57,941 bases of DNA from Planctomycetota bacterium (lineage in GTDB: Bacteria > Planctomycetota > Phycisphaerae > FEN-1346): positions 1 through 57,941 of the forward strand of contig VGYT01000001.1 of assembly GCA_016872895.1 (NCBI GenBank). Direction: 5' to 3'. Shown here piece by piece: positions 35,491 through 44,236 of this stretch. Positions within the stretch are counted from its first letter, which is position 1. Each line of letters starts with the position of its first letter. Under the pieces are notes generated by a model, which was not told the DNA's origin, ran no database searches, and was given only the letters and a program-made list of their open reading frames with translations. Both the position numbers and the translations under genes were made by a program.

Positions 35491-36024
35491 GTGTCCATCA
35501 GGCGAATCTGGGAGAAACTCAAGGCCGGATTCATCCACCTGCTGCACCTGGACGACTCGGCCCATCGGATCGCGCTGGGCGTCGCGATCGGGGCCTTCGT
35601 GGCGATGACGCCCACCTGGGGCGTCCAGATGCTCATGGTCGTCGGCCTGGCGTGGCTCTTGCGGGCCAACAAGGTGGCCGGCCTGCCGATTGTCTGGCTC
35701 ACCAACCCGGTTACGAACGTCCCCGTGTACTCGTTCTGCTACGTTGTCGGGCACGCCCTGGTGGACGGTCCCGGACTGGCCGAGATAAAGCACGCGCTGC
35801 TGCCGAACTCGGACCCCGGCCTGGGCCTGTGGCTGCGGACGGTCGAAACTGCCCGCCAGTGGGGCCTGCTGATGTGGCGGGGGGCGGCGCCGTTGTGGGT
35901 CGGCTGCGTGGTCGTAGGCCTGGCGGCCGGGGCCGTCTGCTACATGGGCATGTACTACTCCATTACGTTTTATCGCCGGCATCATCATCGCCGTCCGGAC
36001 GGAACGCCGCGGGGGAACCCGTGA
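35491..36024 (+). CDS. DUF2062 family membrane protein
   Basis: ORF 35317..36024 trimmed to GTG 35491 (GGAG 7 nt upstream). SAHRIALGVAIGAFVAMTPTWGVQMLMVV...LTNPVTNVPVY. Confidence 0.75.
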   Translation: MSIRRIWEKLKAGFIHLLHLDDSAHRIALGVAIGAFVAMTPTWGVQMLMVVGLAWLLRANKVAGLPIVWLTNPVTNVPVYSFCYVVGHALVDGPGLAEIKHALLPNSDPGLGLWLRTVETARQWGLLMWRGAAPLWVGCVVVGLAAGAVCYMGMYYSITFYRRHHHRRPDGTPRGNP

Positions 36025-37415
36025 GCACCCATTTCGTCATCATCGGCAACGGCGCAGCGGGGTACCGCGCGGCCAAGGCCCTCCGCCGCGCGGACAGCGC
36101 CGCCCAGGTAAGCATCCTGACCGAGGAGCGGCACCCCTTTTACCTCCGCCGCCAACTAGGCGAATTCCTCGCCGGCAACCTGACGCTGGGGGAGGTCATC
36201 TTTCAGAGCCGCAACGCCTACCGCCGCGAGCGGCTGGACCTGTTCCTTATGACCCGCGTCGAGCAGGTTGACCCGCCGGCCCACGAGGTGGTCCTCGCCA
36301 ACGGCGAGCGCGTCCGCTACGACCGCCTCCTGGTGGCCACGGGCACGCATGCCGTCCCGCCCGACATCCCGGGCACCGACCTGGAGGGCGTGGCCACCTT
36401 CGACACGCTCACCCAGGCCCAGGAGGTCAGGCGCCTGGTCAAGGACGTCAGGGATGCGGCCATTCTGGGGGAGGGCATCGTCGGGCTGACGCTGGCGGAG
36501 AGCCTGGCGGCGCTCGGGGTCCGCGTGACGCAACTGGTGCGGGGCGAGCGGTTCTGGCCGGAGATGCTCGACGAGGCCACCAGCGCCCGCGTCGAGGACC
36601 TGCTGGAGGGTGCCGGCGTGACGCTCCTGCGTCAGACCGAGGCGCGGACGGTCATCGGCGCGGGCGGCCGGGCCATCGGCGTCGAGACGGCCGCCGGAGA
36701 GACGCTGCGGGCCGAACTGGTGGCCGTCGGCTGCCGCCGCAGGCCCGCCATCGACATCGTGCAGGGCTCGGGCATCCAGGTGCGCCAGGGCATCCTTGTG
36801 AGCGATGCCCTGCGCACCAGCGCCGCCGACGTCTTCGCCGCCGGAGACGTGGCCGAGCCGACCGAGTCCGAAGAGTTCGGCCCCGACGACGCCGCATTCT
36901 GCTGGCAGCGGGCCTGGGCACAGGGCGGCGTGGCGGCCGCAGGCATGCTCGACCGCCGGGCCGAGCCGGCGCTGGAGGCCATGCGCCTGCGCACCGCCCT
37001 CTTCGGCCGCGACCTGGCGGTCATCGGGCGCGGCCACCTGCCCGCGGGCGGCAGCGTTGCGGCCGTCGAAATGCCCGACGGGCCGGAGGTCTTCCGGCGC
37101 CTCGTCTTCCAGGACGACGCCCTCGTGGGCGCCGTCGTCTTCGGCACGGGCGAGTCGGTCCACGAACTGAACCGCCTCGTGGCCGAGCGGGCCGGACGCC
37201 GGCGCGTCGCCCTGGCGCTCGGGCTTCAAGAGGCCCAGCCCGCACCCGGCCCCATGCCGACCACGCAGGCCCGCCACTGCCCCATCTGCGCCGCCGAGAT
37301 TGTCATCCATTACGGCACGGCGGCCGGAGCGGCCATCCGATGCCCGGCGTGCAGCACCGACCTGGTGGTCCGGTGGGACGGCCAGAACATGTGGCTCGAT
37401 GTCAGCCGGCCGTGA
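36021..37415 (+). CDS. FAD-dependent pyridine nucleotide-disulfide oxidoreductase with C-terminal zinc ribbon
   Basis: ORF 35457..37415 trimmed to GTG 36021 (GTGA overlap with the upstream stop). FVIIGNGAAGYRAA dinucleotide-binding start; second GxG region AAILGEGIVG; C-terminal CPICAAE...CPACSTD. Confidence 0.8.
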   Translation: MSTHFVIIGNGAAGYRAAKALRRADSAAQVSILTEERHPFYLRRQLGEFLAGNLTLGEVIFQSRNAYRRERLDLFLMTRVEQVDPPAHEVVLANGERVRYDRLLVATGTHAVPPDIPGTDLEGVATFDTLTQAQEVRRLVKDVRDAAILGEGIVGLTLAESLAALGVRVTQLVRGERFWPEMLDEATSARVEDLLEGAGVTLLRQTEARTVIGAGGRAIGVETAAGETLRAELVAVGCRRRPAIDIVQGSGIQVRQGILVSDALRTSAADVFAAGDVAEPTESEEFGPDDAAFCWQRAWAQGGVAAAGMLDRRAEPALEAMRLRTALFGRDLAVIGRGHLPAGGSVAAVEMPDGPEVFRRLVFQDDALVGAVVFGTGESVHELNRLVAERAGRRRVALALGLQEAQPAPGPMPTTQARHCPICAAEIVIHYGTAAGAAIRCPACSTDLVVRWDGQNMWLDVSRP

Positions 37416-37463
37416 CGTGGGTGCCATGCCCGCCTGCCGGCCGGCGGGCAGGCTTTCCGAGAA

Positions 37464-37555
37464 GCGCGGCGGCTCTCCTGAGCCGCCGCGACAATTGCCG
37501 CAAACCGTGCCTGCTTCCGGCGCTCCGGCGCGGCCGGTCAGGATACCCGCCGCGC
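37464..37555. repeat. Two GCGCGGCGG..CCGCCGCGC-type hairpins
   Basis: GCGCGGCGGCTC-TCCT-GAGCCGCCGCG (37464-37490) and GCGCGGCCGGT-CAGGAT-ACCCGCCGCGC (37528-37555). A further GCGCCCGCC-AGG-GGCGGGCGC hairpin lies at 37580-37600. Confidence 0.85.
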
Positions 37556-37617
37556 AAAGCATGGTGGTGTGAGGTCCGAGCGCCCGCCAGGGGCGGGCGC
37601 ACCCGCAGCGCAAACTC

Positions 37618-38226
37618 ATGGCAACCGAGCGGCCTGAACTCATCCTGGCGTCGAACTCACCCCGGCGGCGGGAACTGCTGCGCCAGGCGGGCTACCGATT
37701 CCTGGTGCGTCCGCCGCCGATTGAAGACCGCGGCCTCTCGCCCGCCGCCGGCCCGGGCGGGTACGCCGAGAGCCTCGCGTACCTGAAGGCCGTGTCCGCC
37801 ATCGAGGCCCACGGCCTGCGCGGCGGGCTGGTCCTCGCGGCCGACACCATCGTGGAACTCGCCGGCCGCATCATCGGCAAGCCCGCCGACGCGGCCGATG
37901 CGCGGCAAATCCTCGGGCGGCTGTCGGGCACGGAGCACTGCGTCATCACGGGCCTGGCGCTGGTGGATGCGGCCTCGCGGCGGCGGCGGCTCGCCCACGC
38001 CGTCACCACGGTGCGCATGCGCCGCATGACCCCGGAAGAAATCGATGCCTACGTTGCCGGGGGCGAGGCGCTCGGCAAGGCCGGCGCGTACGCCCTCCAG
38101 GAGACCGGCGACCGCTTCGTCGAACGCATCCAGGGCAGCCTGACGAACGTCGTCGGACTGCCGATGGAACTGCTGGAGCGGATGATCCGCGCGGCGGGAT
38201 ACCGGCCGGAGGATTTTTACACGTGA
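37618..38226 (+). CDS. maf: Maf-like nucleoside triphosphate pyrophosphatase
   Basis: ORF 37618..38226. LILASNSPRRRELLRQAGY; GKAGAYALQE. Confidence 0.9.
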   Translation: MATERPELILASNSPRRRELLRQAGYRFLVRPPPIEDRGLSPAAGPGGYAESLAYLKAVSAIEAHGLRGGLVLAADTIVELAGRIIGKPADAADARQILGRLSGTEHCVITGLALVDAASRRRRLAHAVTTVRMRRMTPEEIDAYVAGGEALGKAGAYALQETGDRFVERIQGSLTNVVGLPMELLERMIRAAGYRPEDFYT

Positions 38227-38360
38227 CCACGCATGACTCTCAAGCCCCCCGCGCGGGTGCCATGCTTTCGCGCCGCTCGGAAAGCATGCGTCGCCCCCGC
38301 GCCGGCCGCGCCTGCCGCTCCGGCCGGGCCCGCCGCGCAAGCAGCGGACTACGGCCGTTC

Positions 38361-38852
38361 ATGCTCGCGATGGCTCTCCTGTCGGCGGTGTTGTGCGGCG
38401 GCTGCGAGCGCGCCCCTGCGCCGCCTGCGCCGGCTGCGCCCGCCTCTGACGCCGATCGGCCCCAGCGCCTGCCCACCGCCACCATCCGCGTCGGCGGGGC
38501 GCCGCTGGTGGTGGAAGTGGCCCGCGACCCCGCCGAGCAGGCAAAGGGGATGATGTTCCGCCGCTCGCTCGGCCCCGACGAGGCCATGCTCTTCATCTTC
38601 GACCGCGAAACGAACCACTCGTTCTGGATGAAGAACACGTACGTTGACCTGGACCTGGCGTTCATCGGCGGCGACGGCGCCATCGTGCAGACCGAGCGGA
38701 TGAGGGCGTTCGCCACGGAACCGGTCTTTTCGCGCGAGCCGGCCCGGTTTGCCCTGGAAGTTCCGGCCGGGTGGTTTGCGGCCCACGGCGTGGGCGAGGG
38801 CACGAAGGTCCTGATTCCGCCCGAAGTCGCCGGCGGCGCGCCCGCGCGGTAG
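38361..38852 (+). CDS. DUF192 domain lipoprotein
   Basis: ORF 38223..38852 trimmed to ATG 38361 (MLAMALLSAVLCGGC lipobox). GMMFRRSL...MLFIF...FWMKNTYVDLDLAFI is the DUF192 core. Upstream starts 38223 and 38286 would translate a REP hairpin (38259-38290). Confidence 0.75.
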   Translation: MLAMALLSAVLCGGCERAPAPPAPAAPASDADRPQRLPTATIRVGGAPLVVEVARDPAEQAKGMMFRRSLGPDEAMLFIFDRETNHSFWMKNTYVDLDLAFIGGDGAIVQTERMRAFATEPVFSREPARFALEVPAGWFAAHGVGEGTKVLIPPEVAGGAPAR

Positions 38853-38908
38853 TTCGGGCAGGGCCGTCTTGCCCCTCTGCTGGTGCGGTCAGCATTAATC
38901 TTGTGGGT

Positions 38909-38980
38909 GGCATGCTTTCGCGCCGTTGCGAAAGCATGGTCGTGATAGCGAGGACGCATGCTTTCGCAAGCGAAAGCATG
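38909..38980. repeat. Two GCATGCTTTCGC/GCGAAAGCATGC-type hairpins
   Basis: GGCATGCTTTCGCGCCGTTGCGAAAGCATGG (38909-38939) and GCATGCTTTCGC-AA-GCGAAAGCATG (38956-38980). Confidence 0.85.
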
Positions 38981-39119
38981 GCACCCGAACTTACACGCTC
39001 ATCGTTGACACACCACTGGGCAACAGCGGTCCGCTGCGGCGCGCACGCCGTCGGCCTGCCACCGTGCACCCGGGCAGTCGCAGCCGCAGGGCCGCGCTCC
39101 GGCGAACCCCACATCGCGC

Positions 39120-39147
39120 TTGCCACGGTCGTGCGCGGCTGTACAAT
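39120..39147 (+). promoter_or_regulatory. Candidate sigma70-like promoter
   Basis: TTGCCA, a 16-nt spacer, then TACAAT. The -10 ends 32 nt before ATG 39180, which has AAGGAGGA upstream. Confidence 0.4.
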
Positions 39148-39179
39148 CGCCATCGGTTCGCCGAAGGAGGATTGCACCC

Positions 39180-39518
39180 ATGGCGGAACAATCGCCTGAC
39201 GAGGCCCCGGCTACGCCGGGGCAACCCCCGGCGCAGCAGCAGGCCGCAGAGCAGCCGCCGGCCCCCCCTGCGCAAGAGCCGCCGCCGGCGCCGCGGCCGT
39301 ACGGCCCAGGCGTCCTGATGTTCTTCGGCCTTGCGCTGCTGGCCTTCTCGGGCTACTGCTTCTACGACCTTTATTTGGGGGAGAAGGGCCGCGAATGGGA
39401 GGCCGGCGGCGAGACCTTCACCATCTGGCTCAACCGCGTTGCCATGGTTGGCGCACTCATCGCCGCCATCTACGCCCTCGTGCTGGCCTACCTGCGCTGG
39501 CGCAAGGCTGGCGGTTAG
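39180..39518 (+). CDS. Small membrane protein (Pro/Gln-rich N-terminus, two TM helices)
   Basis: ORF 39120..39518 trimmed to ATG 39180 with a strong RBS. VLMFFGLALLAFSGYCFY and VAMVGALIAAIYALVLAYL helices. Confidence 0.65.
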   Translation: MAEQSPDEAPATPGQPPAQQQAAEQPPAPPAQEPPPAPRPYGPGVLMFFGLALLAFSGYCFYDLYLGEKGREWEAGGETFTIWLNRVAMVGALIAAIYALVLAYLRWRKAGG

Positions 39519-39596
39519 CCCCGAACGGTCGTCAATGCGCGACCCGCCAGGGTCGTATAATCTTGCGGCGGACGCGGGGCCAAGCGGAGGGTTCCC

Positions 39597-40874
39597 ATGA
39601 GCACGGGTACGAAAATCGTCATTGCAGTCCTGGGCGCAGGCGCGATAGGCGTGCTCGCGGCGGCGGCGCTGGTGGCGGCAGGGTGGCTGTTCTACGGGCG
39701 GACTGCAAGACACGAAGTCGCCCTGGCCCAGCGCGCGTTGCTCGAGGCCCGCACACAGGAGGTGAAGCGGCTTGCCGAGGCGGCGCACGCCGAGGCCGCG
39801 CCGCAGAGCGAGCACCCCGCCTCTTCCGCGACGGCCGACGCGGCGGCCCTGGCCCAGCGCCGCAAAGACGCCATCGCGCGCGGCACAGCCTATCTCCTGA
39901 AGGAGCAGGCTCCTGACGGCTCATGGGGACAGGGCAACGTAGGCATCACCGCCCTGTGCACCGACGCGCTCCTGGCCGCAGGATACACCGCCAAAGACCA
40001 GCCCGTCCGCCGCGCCATCGACCGCATCCTCAAGGCCCAGCAGCCCGACGGCGGCATATACGAAGACGTTGGCCTGAAGAACTACACCACCAGCATCGCC
40101 CTGATGGTACTCGTGGAGGCCGGCCCCGCGGCCTACGCCGAACCCATCAGGAAGGCCACCGAGTACCTCAAGAAAACGCAGTGGGACGAGACCGAAACCA
40201 TAGACCGTGCCCATCCCTGGTACGGCGGCGCAGGCTACGGAAAGCACGAGCGGCCCGACCTCTCCAACACGCAGTTCTTCGTTGAAGCCATGCACAGGGC
40301 CGGCGTGCCGAAGGACGACCCCCTGTGGGCCAAGGTCGTCGTCTTCGTCAGCCGCGCGCAGGACCGCTCGGAATCCAACGACGGCGTGTTCGTGGGGACG
40401 GACTCGGGCGGCATGATCTATACGCCCCACAAGGGCGGCGAGTCGCCGGCCGGCACCGTGGACCTGCCCGACGGACGCAAGGGCCTGAAGGCCTACGGCT
40501 CAATGACCTACGCGGGCTTCAAGAGTTTCATCTACGCCGACCTCGCGGGCGACGACCCGCGCGTCAAGGCCGCCCTCGACTGGATTCGCAAGCACTGGAC
40601 CTTCGAGGAGAACCCCGAACTGGGGCAGCAGGGCCTGTTCTACTATTACCATGCGGCGGCCAAGGCGCTGCGGGCATGGAGCGACCTGGCAGGCGAGAGC
40701 GTGGTGCTCGACGCCCGCCGCCGACCGCACGACTGGCGCGCGGAACTCACCGAGGCGCTCCTGAAGCGCCAGCGGCCCGACGGCTCCTGGACCAACGAGG
40801 CCGACCGCTGGTACGAGGGCTACCCGCCCGTCCCCACCAGTTATGCCATCGTCGCGCTGGCGCAGTGCCAGTAA
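39597..40874 (+). CDS. Prenyltransferase/squalene-oxidase-repeat (terpenoid-cyclase-fold) protein, N-terminal TM anchor
   Basis: ORF 39597..40874. Repeated xxDGSWG/QxxDGG motifs (EQAPDGSWGQ, QQPDGGIYED, RQRPDGSWTNE). Confidence 0.75.
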   Translation: MSTGTKIVIAVLGAGAIGVLAAAALVAAGWLFYGRTARHEVALAQRALLEARTQEVKRLAEAAHAEAAPQSEHPASSATADAAALAQRRKDAIARGTAYLLKEQAPDGSWGQGNVGITALCTDALLAAGYTAKDQPVRRAIDRILKAQQPDGGIYEDVGLKNYTTSIALMVLVEAGPAAYAEPIRKATEYLKKTQWDETETIDRAHPWYGGAGYGKHERPDLSNTQFFVEAMHRAGVPKDDPLWAKVVVFVSRAQDRSESNDGVFVGTDSGGMIYTPHKGGESPAGTVDLPDGRKGLKAYGSMTYAGFKSFIYADLAGDDPRVKAALDWIRKHWTFEENPELGQQGLFYYYHAAAKALRAWSDLAGESVVLDARRRPHDWRAELTEALLKRQRPDGSWTNEADRWYEGYPPVPTSYAIVALAQCQ

Positions 40875-40885
40875 GAGCCACGAAA

Positions 40886-40990
40886 GGCATTGCGGATTGC
40901 GGATTGCGGATTTCGGATTGAAAGGCAGGCGCACGCAAGCGTCGGCGGGGCGCCTTTCAATCCGCAATCCGAAATCCGCAATCCGAAATA
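40886..40990. repeat. Heptad-periodic inverted repeat (GCGGATT units)
   Basis: GGCATT[GCGGATT]x3 TCGGATTGAAAGGC, a 25-nt loop, then GCCTTTCAATCCGCAATCCGAAATCCGCAATCCGAAATA. The stem is about 40 bp with periodic mismatches. Confidence 0.9.
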
Positions 40991-41004
40991 TTGAAAGGGC
41001 AACC

Positions 41005-42195
41005 ATGCGACATGCAGCGATGCTCGGCCTCTTGTTTGCTGCTTCAATGAGCACCCTTTGCGCTGCTGCGCCCGTGCCGCCCGCCGCGCCCGAGGCCGAG
41101 GTGAAGCACGTCATCAAGACCCTGCCCGGCATCACGGTCGATACCGGGGCCAAGGAAGTCCGCCTGGAGGGCCTGGTCTGCCTCCAGAAGGGGGCGCTGG
41201 AACTGCTCGTGTGCAGCGAGGGCAGCCGCGAACACGAAAGCGTCGTCGTGGTTAAGGCCAAGCCGTCGCACGTGACGTTCGCGCTGGCCCTCCTGGGCCT
41301 TCAGCCGGGCCGGCCGGGCTTTATCACGGAGGGCGGCGCGTACAGCCCGCCGGCCGGCGCGGTCGTCGAAATCACCGCGCGGTTCACCATGACCGAGGGC
41401 ACACGCAGCAAGACCGTCGAGGTGCCCGCGTGGAAACTGCTGCGCCCGTCGGGCGCCGAGGCGGGCCTGGAGCGGCCGCTCCAGTGGGTTTACGTGGGCC
41501 AGTCCGGCGATGAGGCCCTCAAGGACTCCGACCGCGAGGGTACGGTCGTGTGCCTCTCGAACTTCACCGAGGCCGTCCTGGACGTGCCCTTCGAGTCCAG
41601 CAGCGTCAACGCCGACCTCCTGTACGAGGCCAACCCGGACGTCGTGCCGCCCCTCCGGACGCCCGTGGAACTCATCCTGCGCCCCACGGGGCAGCGCGTC
41701 GAGCCGAAGAAGGTCGAGTGCGAGGTGGTCCTGCGCAAAGGCCGGCCGCCGCTCCTGGACTCTAGAGAGGTGGCCCTGGCGGCCCTGAAGGACGCCGTCA
41801 ATGCCATGCCCGTCGACGTGCGCACAGCCGTCCTGCGGGCCGAAGCGCAAGAGGCCTTCGGCCGCGTCATGGAGGTCCACGACATTCTGCGCGACGCGCT
41901 GATGCAGGTGCGGCTGATGGTGCTTCAGCCCGCTCCCGTCCAGGCGAAGCCCCCCGGGCCGCCGCTGGCCGTCGCCGTCGAGGCCGACGATCGCGTCCGC
42001 GTGGCCGACAAGACCTACTCGCTGGAGGTTTTTGGGTCGAAGGCGGCCACGATCCTCGCCGGCGTCGAGCGCGCAAGCATCACGGCCGGCAAGGCCGTCT
42101 CCTTCAAGACCGTGGCCGAGGTGATGGTCATCATCCGCGGCCAGGGCGTGGCGGCGACCCTTGTTCGCAGCGAAGCGGCCCCCTCGAAGCCGTAG
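41005..42195 (+). CDS. Hypothetical exported protein
   Basis: ORF 40843..42195 trimmed to ATG 41005 (MRHAAMLGLLFAASMSTLCAAAP signal). Globular composition. The C-terminal half has ExbD/TolR-like alternating segments; this is a weak impression only. Confidence 0.65.
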   Translation: MRHAAMLGLLFAASMSTLCAAAPVPPAAPEAEVKHVIKTLPGITVDTGAKEVRLEGLVCLQKGALELLVCSEGSREHESVVVVKAKPSHVTFALALLGLQPGRPGFITEGGAYSPPAGAVVEITARFTMTEGTRSKTVEVPAWKLLRPSGAEAGLERPLQWVYVGQSGDEALKDSDREGTVVCLSNFTEAVLDVPFESSSVNADLLYEANPDVVPPLRTPVELILRPTGQRVEPKKVECEVVLRKGRPPLLDSREVALAALKDAVNAMPVDVRTAVLRAEAQEAFGRVMEVHDILRDALMQVRLMVLQPAPVQAKPPGPPLAVAVEADDRVRVADKTYSLEVFGSKAATILAGVERASITAGKAVSFKTVAEVMVIIRGQGVAATLVRSEAAPSKP

Positions 42196-42229
42196 GGCCC
42201 TCCTGCGCGCCGCCGTTGTTCACTTGGGG

Positions 42230-42374
42230 GGTGGCATGCCTGCGCGGCTGTTGGCGTAGGCATGAGAGAACGGGGGGCACAGCATGCCTGCGCATACGGC
42301 CGCGCAGGCATGCCACCCGGCAGGACGAAGGTCCCCCCCCGCCTGGCGCGCGGCGGCTCAGGAGAGCCGCCGCG
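42230..42374. repeat. GGCATGCCTGCGCG-type three-arm repeat plus a GCGCGGCGG hairpin
   Basis: GGTGGCATGCCTGCGCGG (42230-47) and GCATGCCTGCGC (42282-93) are both complementary to CCGCGCAGGCATGCCACC (42300-17). GCGCGGCGGCTC-AGGA-GAGCCGCCGCG lies at 42348-74. Confidence 0.85.
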
Positions 42375-42376
42375 GG

Positions 42377-43288
42377 CTAACCGCCGCCGGCGCGGGGCGG
42401 TCCCAGCCACGTGCGGAAATCCGGGCCGATGTCGCCGCGCTGGACGTACCGGCGCATGGCTTGGCGGCAGTGGCAGCGGCGGCGGGCGGAGACGGACGCG
42501 ATCGCGGCCGCAAGGATCTCCGGCAGGCGCGCGGCTGCCCGGTCGCCCGCCTCCAGTTCGCCCGCGGTGGCCATGCCCTCGAAGAGCACGTCGGGCCGGT
42601 AGGGGCGCGGGGCCGCGCCCTCCGCCGGGTTCACCACGAACGCCACGGCCGCGTAGCACATCTGGAGTTCCCGGGCCAGGGCAAACTCCGGGCAGAGCGT
42701 CATGCCGACGATGTCGGCCCCCTCGGCGGCCAGGGCGCGGACCTCGGCCCGGGTCTCCAGGCGCGGCCCGTCGGTGCAGGCGCAGACGCCGTCCAGCCTG
42801 TGCGGCACCCGCGCGGCCGCCAGCCCCTTCGCCAGCGCCGACCTGAGCGCGGGGCAGAACGGCTCGCCCATGCGCAGCACGCCCAGGCCGCTCGACTGGA
42901 AGAACGTCCTGACTCGCCCTGTGGTCTTGTCGAGCACGTCGTGCGGCACGAGGAACTCCCCGACTGCCAGGCGCGGGTCGATGGCCCCGCAGGCGCACGT
43001 GGCCAGGACGTGGTCTGCCCCCAGGTCCTTCAGGGCCCACAGGTTGGCCCGGTAATTGACTGCCCAGGCCCCGATGTCGTATCCGCGCTCGCCGTGGCGC
43101 GTGAGCATAATCGCCCGGCGCCCCCCGGGCAGGGCGACCTCGAAGATCGGCCGCGACGGGCCGAACGGCGTCCGGCGAACTTCGCCGCCCGACACGCGCA
43201 CGCCGCCCCGGCCGCCCTTGCCGCGCCGCCGCAGCCGCGCGAGCATCTTCCAGATGCCGCTGCCGAGGATGATTGCAGACTTAGTCAT
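42377..43288 (-). CDS. mtnP: S-methyl-5'-thioadenosine phosphorylase
   Basis: ORF 42377..43378(-) trimmed to ATG 43288 (MTKSAIILGSG). LTRHGE, VNYRANLWALKDLGADHVLATCACGA, GEPFCP, DGPRLETRAE and GMTLCPE match the MTAP family. Upstream codons are translation of heptad repeats. Confidence 0.8.
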   Translation of the reverse strand: MTKSAIILGSGIWKMLARLRRRGKGGRGGVRVSGGEVRRTPFGPSRPIFEVALPGGRRAIMLTRHGERGYDIGAWAVNYRANLWALKDLGADHVLATCACGAIDPRLAVGEFLVPHDVLDKTTGRVRTFFQSSGLGVLRMGEPFCPALRSALAKGLAAARVPHRLDGVCACTDGPRLETRAEVRALAAEGADIVGMTLCPEFALARELQMCYAAVAFVVNPAEGAAPRPYRPDVLFEGMATAGELEAGDRAAARLPEILAAAIASVSARRRCHCRQAMRRYVQRGDIGPDFRTWLGPPRAGGG

Positions 43289-43503
43289 TTGTCCTTCGTC
43301 ATTTGTCATTTGCTCTTCGGGTGCCGGCCCTCTGCGCGGCAGGTCGGGGGATCCGCCGCGCAAACGCCCGGGTGCCATGCTTTCGCAAGCGAAAGCATGC
43401 GACCCGCCGGCGGCAGCGGCGCAGCGCCCACTTGCGCAGAAACGATTATAAGGGGCGGGCCGTTGCCGTTACAAATGACAAAGGACCAAGGACAAGTGAC
43501 AGC
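43284..43503. repeat. Composite: heptad-periodic arms (TGTCATT units) enclosing two REP-like hairpins
   Basis: Left arm GTCATTTGTCCTTCGTCATTTGTCATTTGCTCTTCGG. Right arm GTTACAAATGACAAAGGACCAAGGACAAGTGACAGC. The loop holds GCGCGGCAGGTC..GATCCGCCGCGC (43334-61) and CATGCTTTCGC-AA-GCGAAAGCATG (43376-99). Confidence 0.85.
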
Positions 43504-43505
43504 CG

Positions 43506-44186
43506 TTAAGCAAGGTCTTCCGGCGGCATGTCCGATGCGTCGCCTTCGTGCGCCAGTTGCTCCATGAAGGCCCGAGCGGCGGCCAGGCGTCCGGCGGCCA
43601 GGCGCCGGCTCGTCTCAAGCCTGAGCGCCTCTCGCATCCGCGCCTCCCAGTAGCCGTACTGCTCGCGGCGCTGCCAGCCCCGGACGGCCTCCTCCACGCC
43701 GCGGCCTTCCAGGATGTTGCGCCTCAGGTCGCGCCAGATGCCCAGCGTGCCGATGTCGTCAAGGCTGTCGGCGTCGGAGACGATCTTCGCCTCGGCAATG
43801 TCGCTTGCGGCATCGCGCGTGTGGCGGATGATCTCTTGGACGTGTTCCAGTTGTCGCGGCGGCAGGCGGCCGGCCAGGCGGTCGCCCGCCAGTTCGGCGC
43901 TGTATTCCTTGACGTCCTCGTCGCTCATCATCGCGGCGGCATAGACGGTGCTTGTCCGCCGCTCCTCCTCCAGGCGGACCGTGGCCGCCTGATGAAACAG
44001 CGCCGCCACCGACAGCGCGAAGCGGTCGAGGCGCCACTGGCGGACCTCGCGGCAGGCGCTCAGGCGCTCGGCCACCCGCATGACGCGCAGGGAATGGTCG
44101 AAGAGGAACGTGTCCTCGCGGCCCAGGGGCGAGCGGCCGACCAGCACCGCCCGCGCGATTTCTATGATGGGCTCAAGTTCGGGCAT
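43506..44186 (-). CDS. HD-domain phosphohydrolase
   Basis: ORF 43506..44186(-). FDHSLRVMRVAE (the H of HD) and IVSDADSLDDIG. 226 aa. Confidence 0.75.
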   Translation of the reverse strand: MPELEPIIEIARAVLVGRSPLGREDTFLFDHSLRVMRVAERLSACREVRQWRLDRFALSVAALFHQAATVRLEEERRTSTVYAAAMMSDEDVKEYSAELAGDRLAGRLPPRQLEHVQEIIRHTRDAASDIAEAKIVSDADSLDDIGTLGIWRDLRRNILEGRGVEEAVRGWQRREQYGYWEARMREALRLETSRRLAAGRLAAARAFMEQLAHEGDASDMPPEDLA

Positions 44187-44236
44187 CGCGGCGCTCCCGC
44201 CTTCCTCACTTCGCCATCTCTACTTATCGGCCGCCG

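Noticed and set aside
38223-38360. GTG 38223 (GTGA overlap with the maf stop) as the translationally coupled start of the DUF192 gene.
   Set aside because: It would translate a REP hairpin (MLSRRSESM) and give a 46-residue Arg-rich pre-sequence. ATG 38361 gives a normal lipoprotein signal. This is not fully excluded.
39004-39009. Perfect TTGACA hexamer as a promoter -35.
   Set aside because: No -10-like hexamer lies 16-18 nt downstream. The TTGCCA-16-TACAAT site at 39120-39147 is a better candidate for the downstream gene.
40886-40990. CRISPR array: tandem short repeats here and at the other heptad loci.
   Set aside because: The units are 7 nt, contiguous and without spacers. They are arranged as inverted arms, and no cas genes are nearby.
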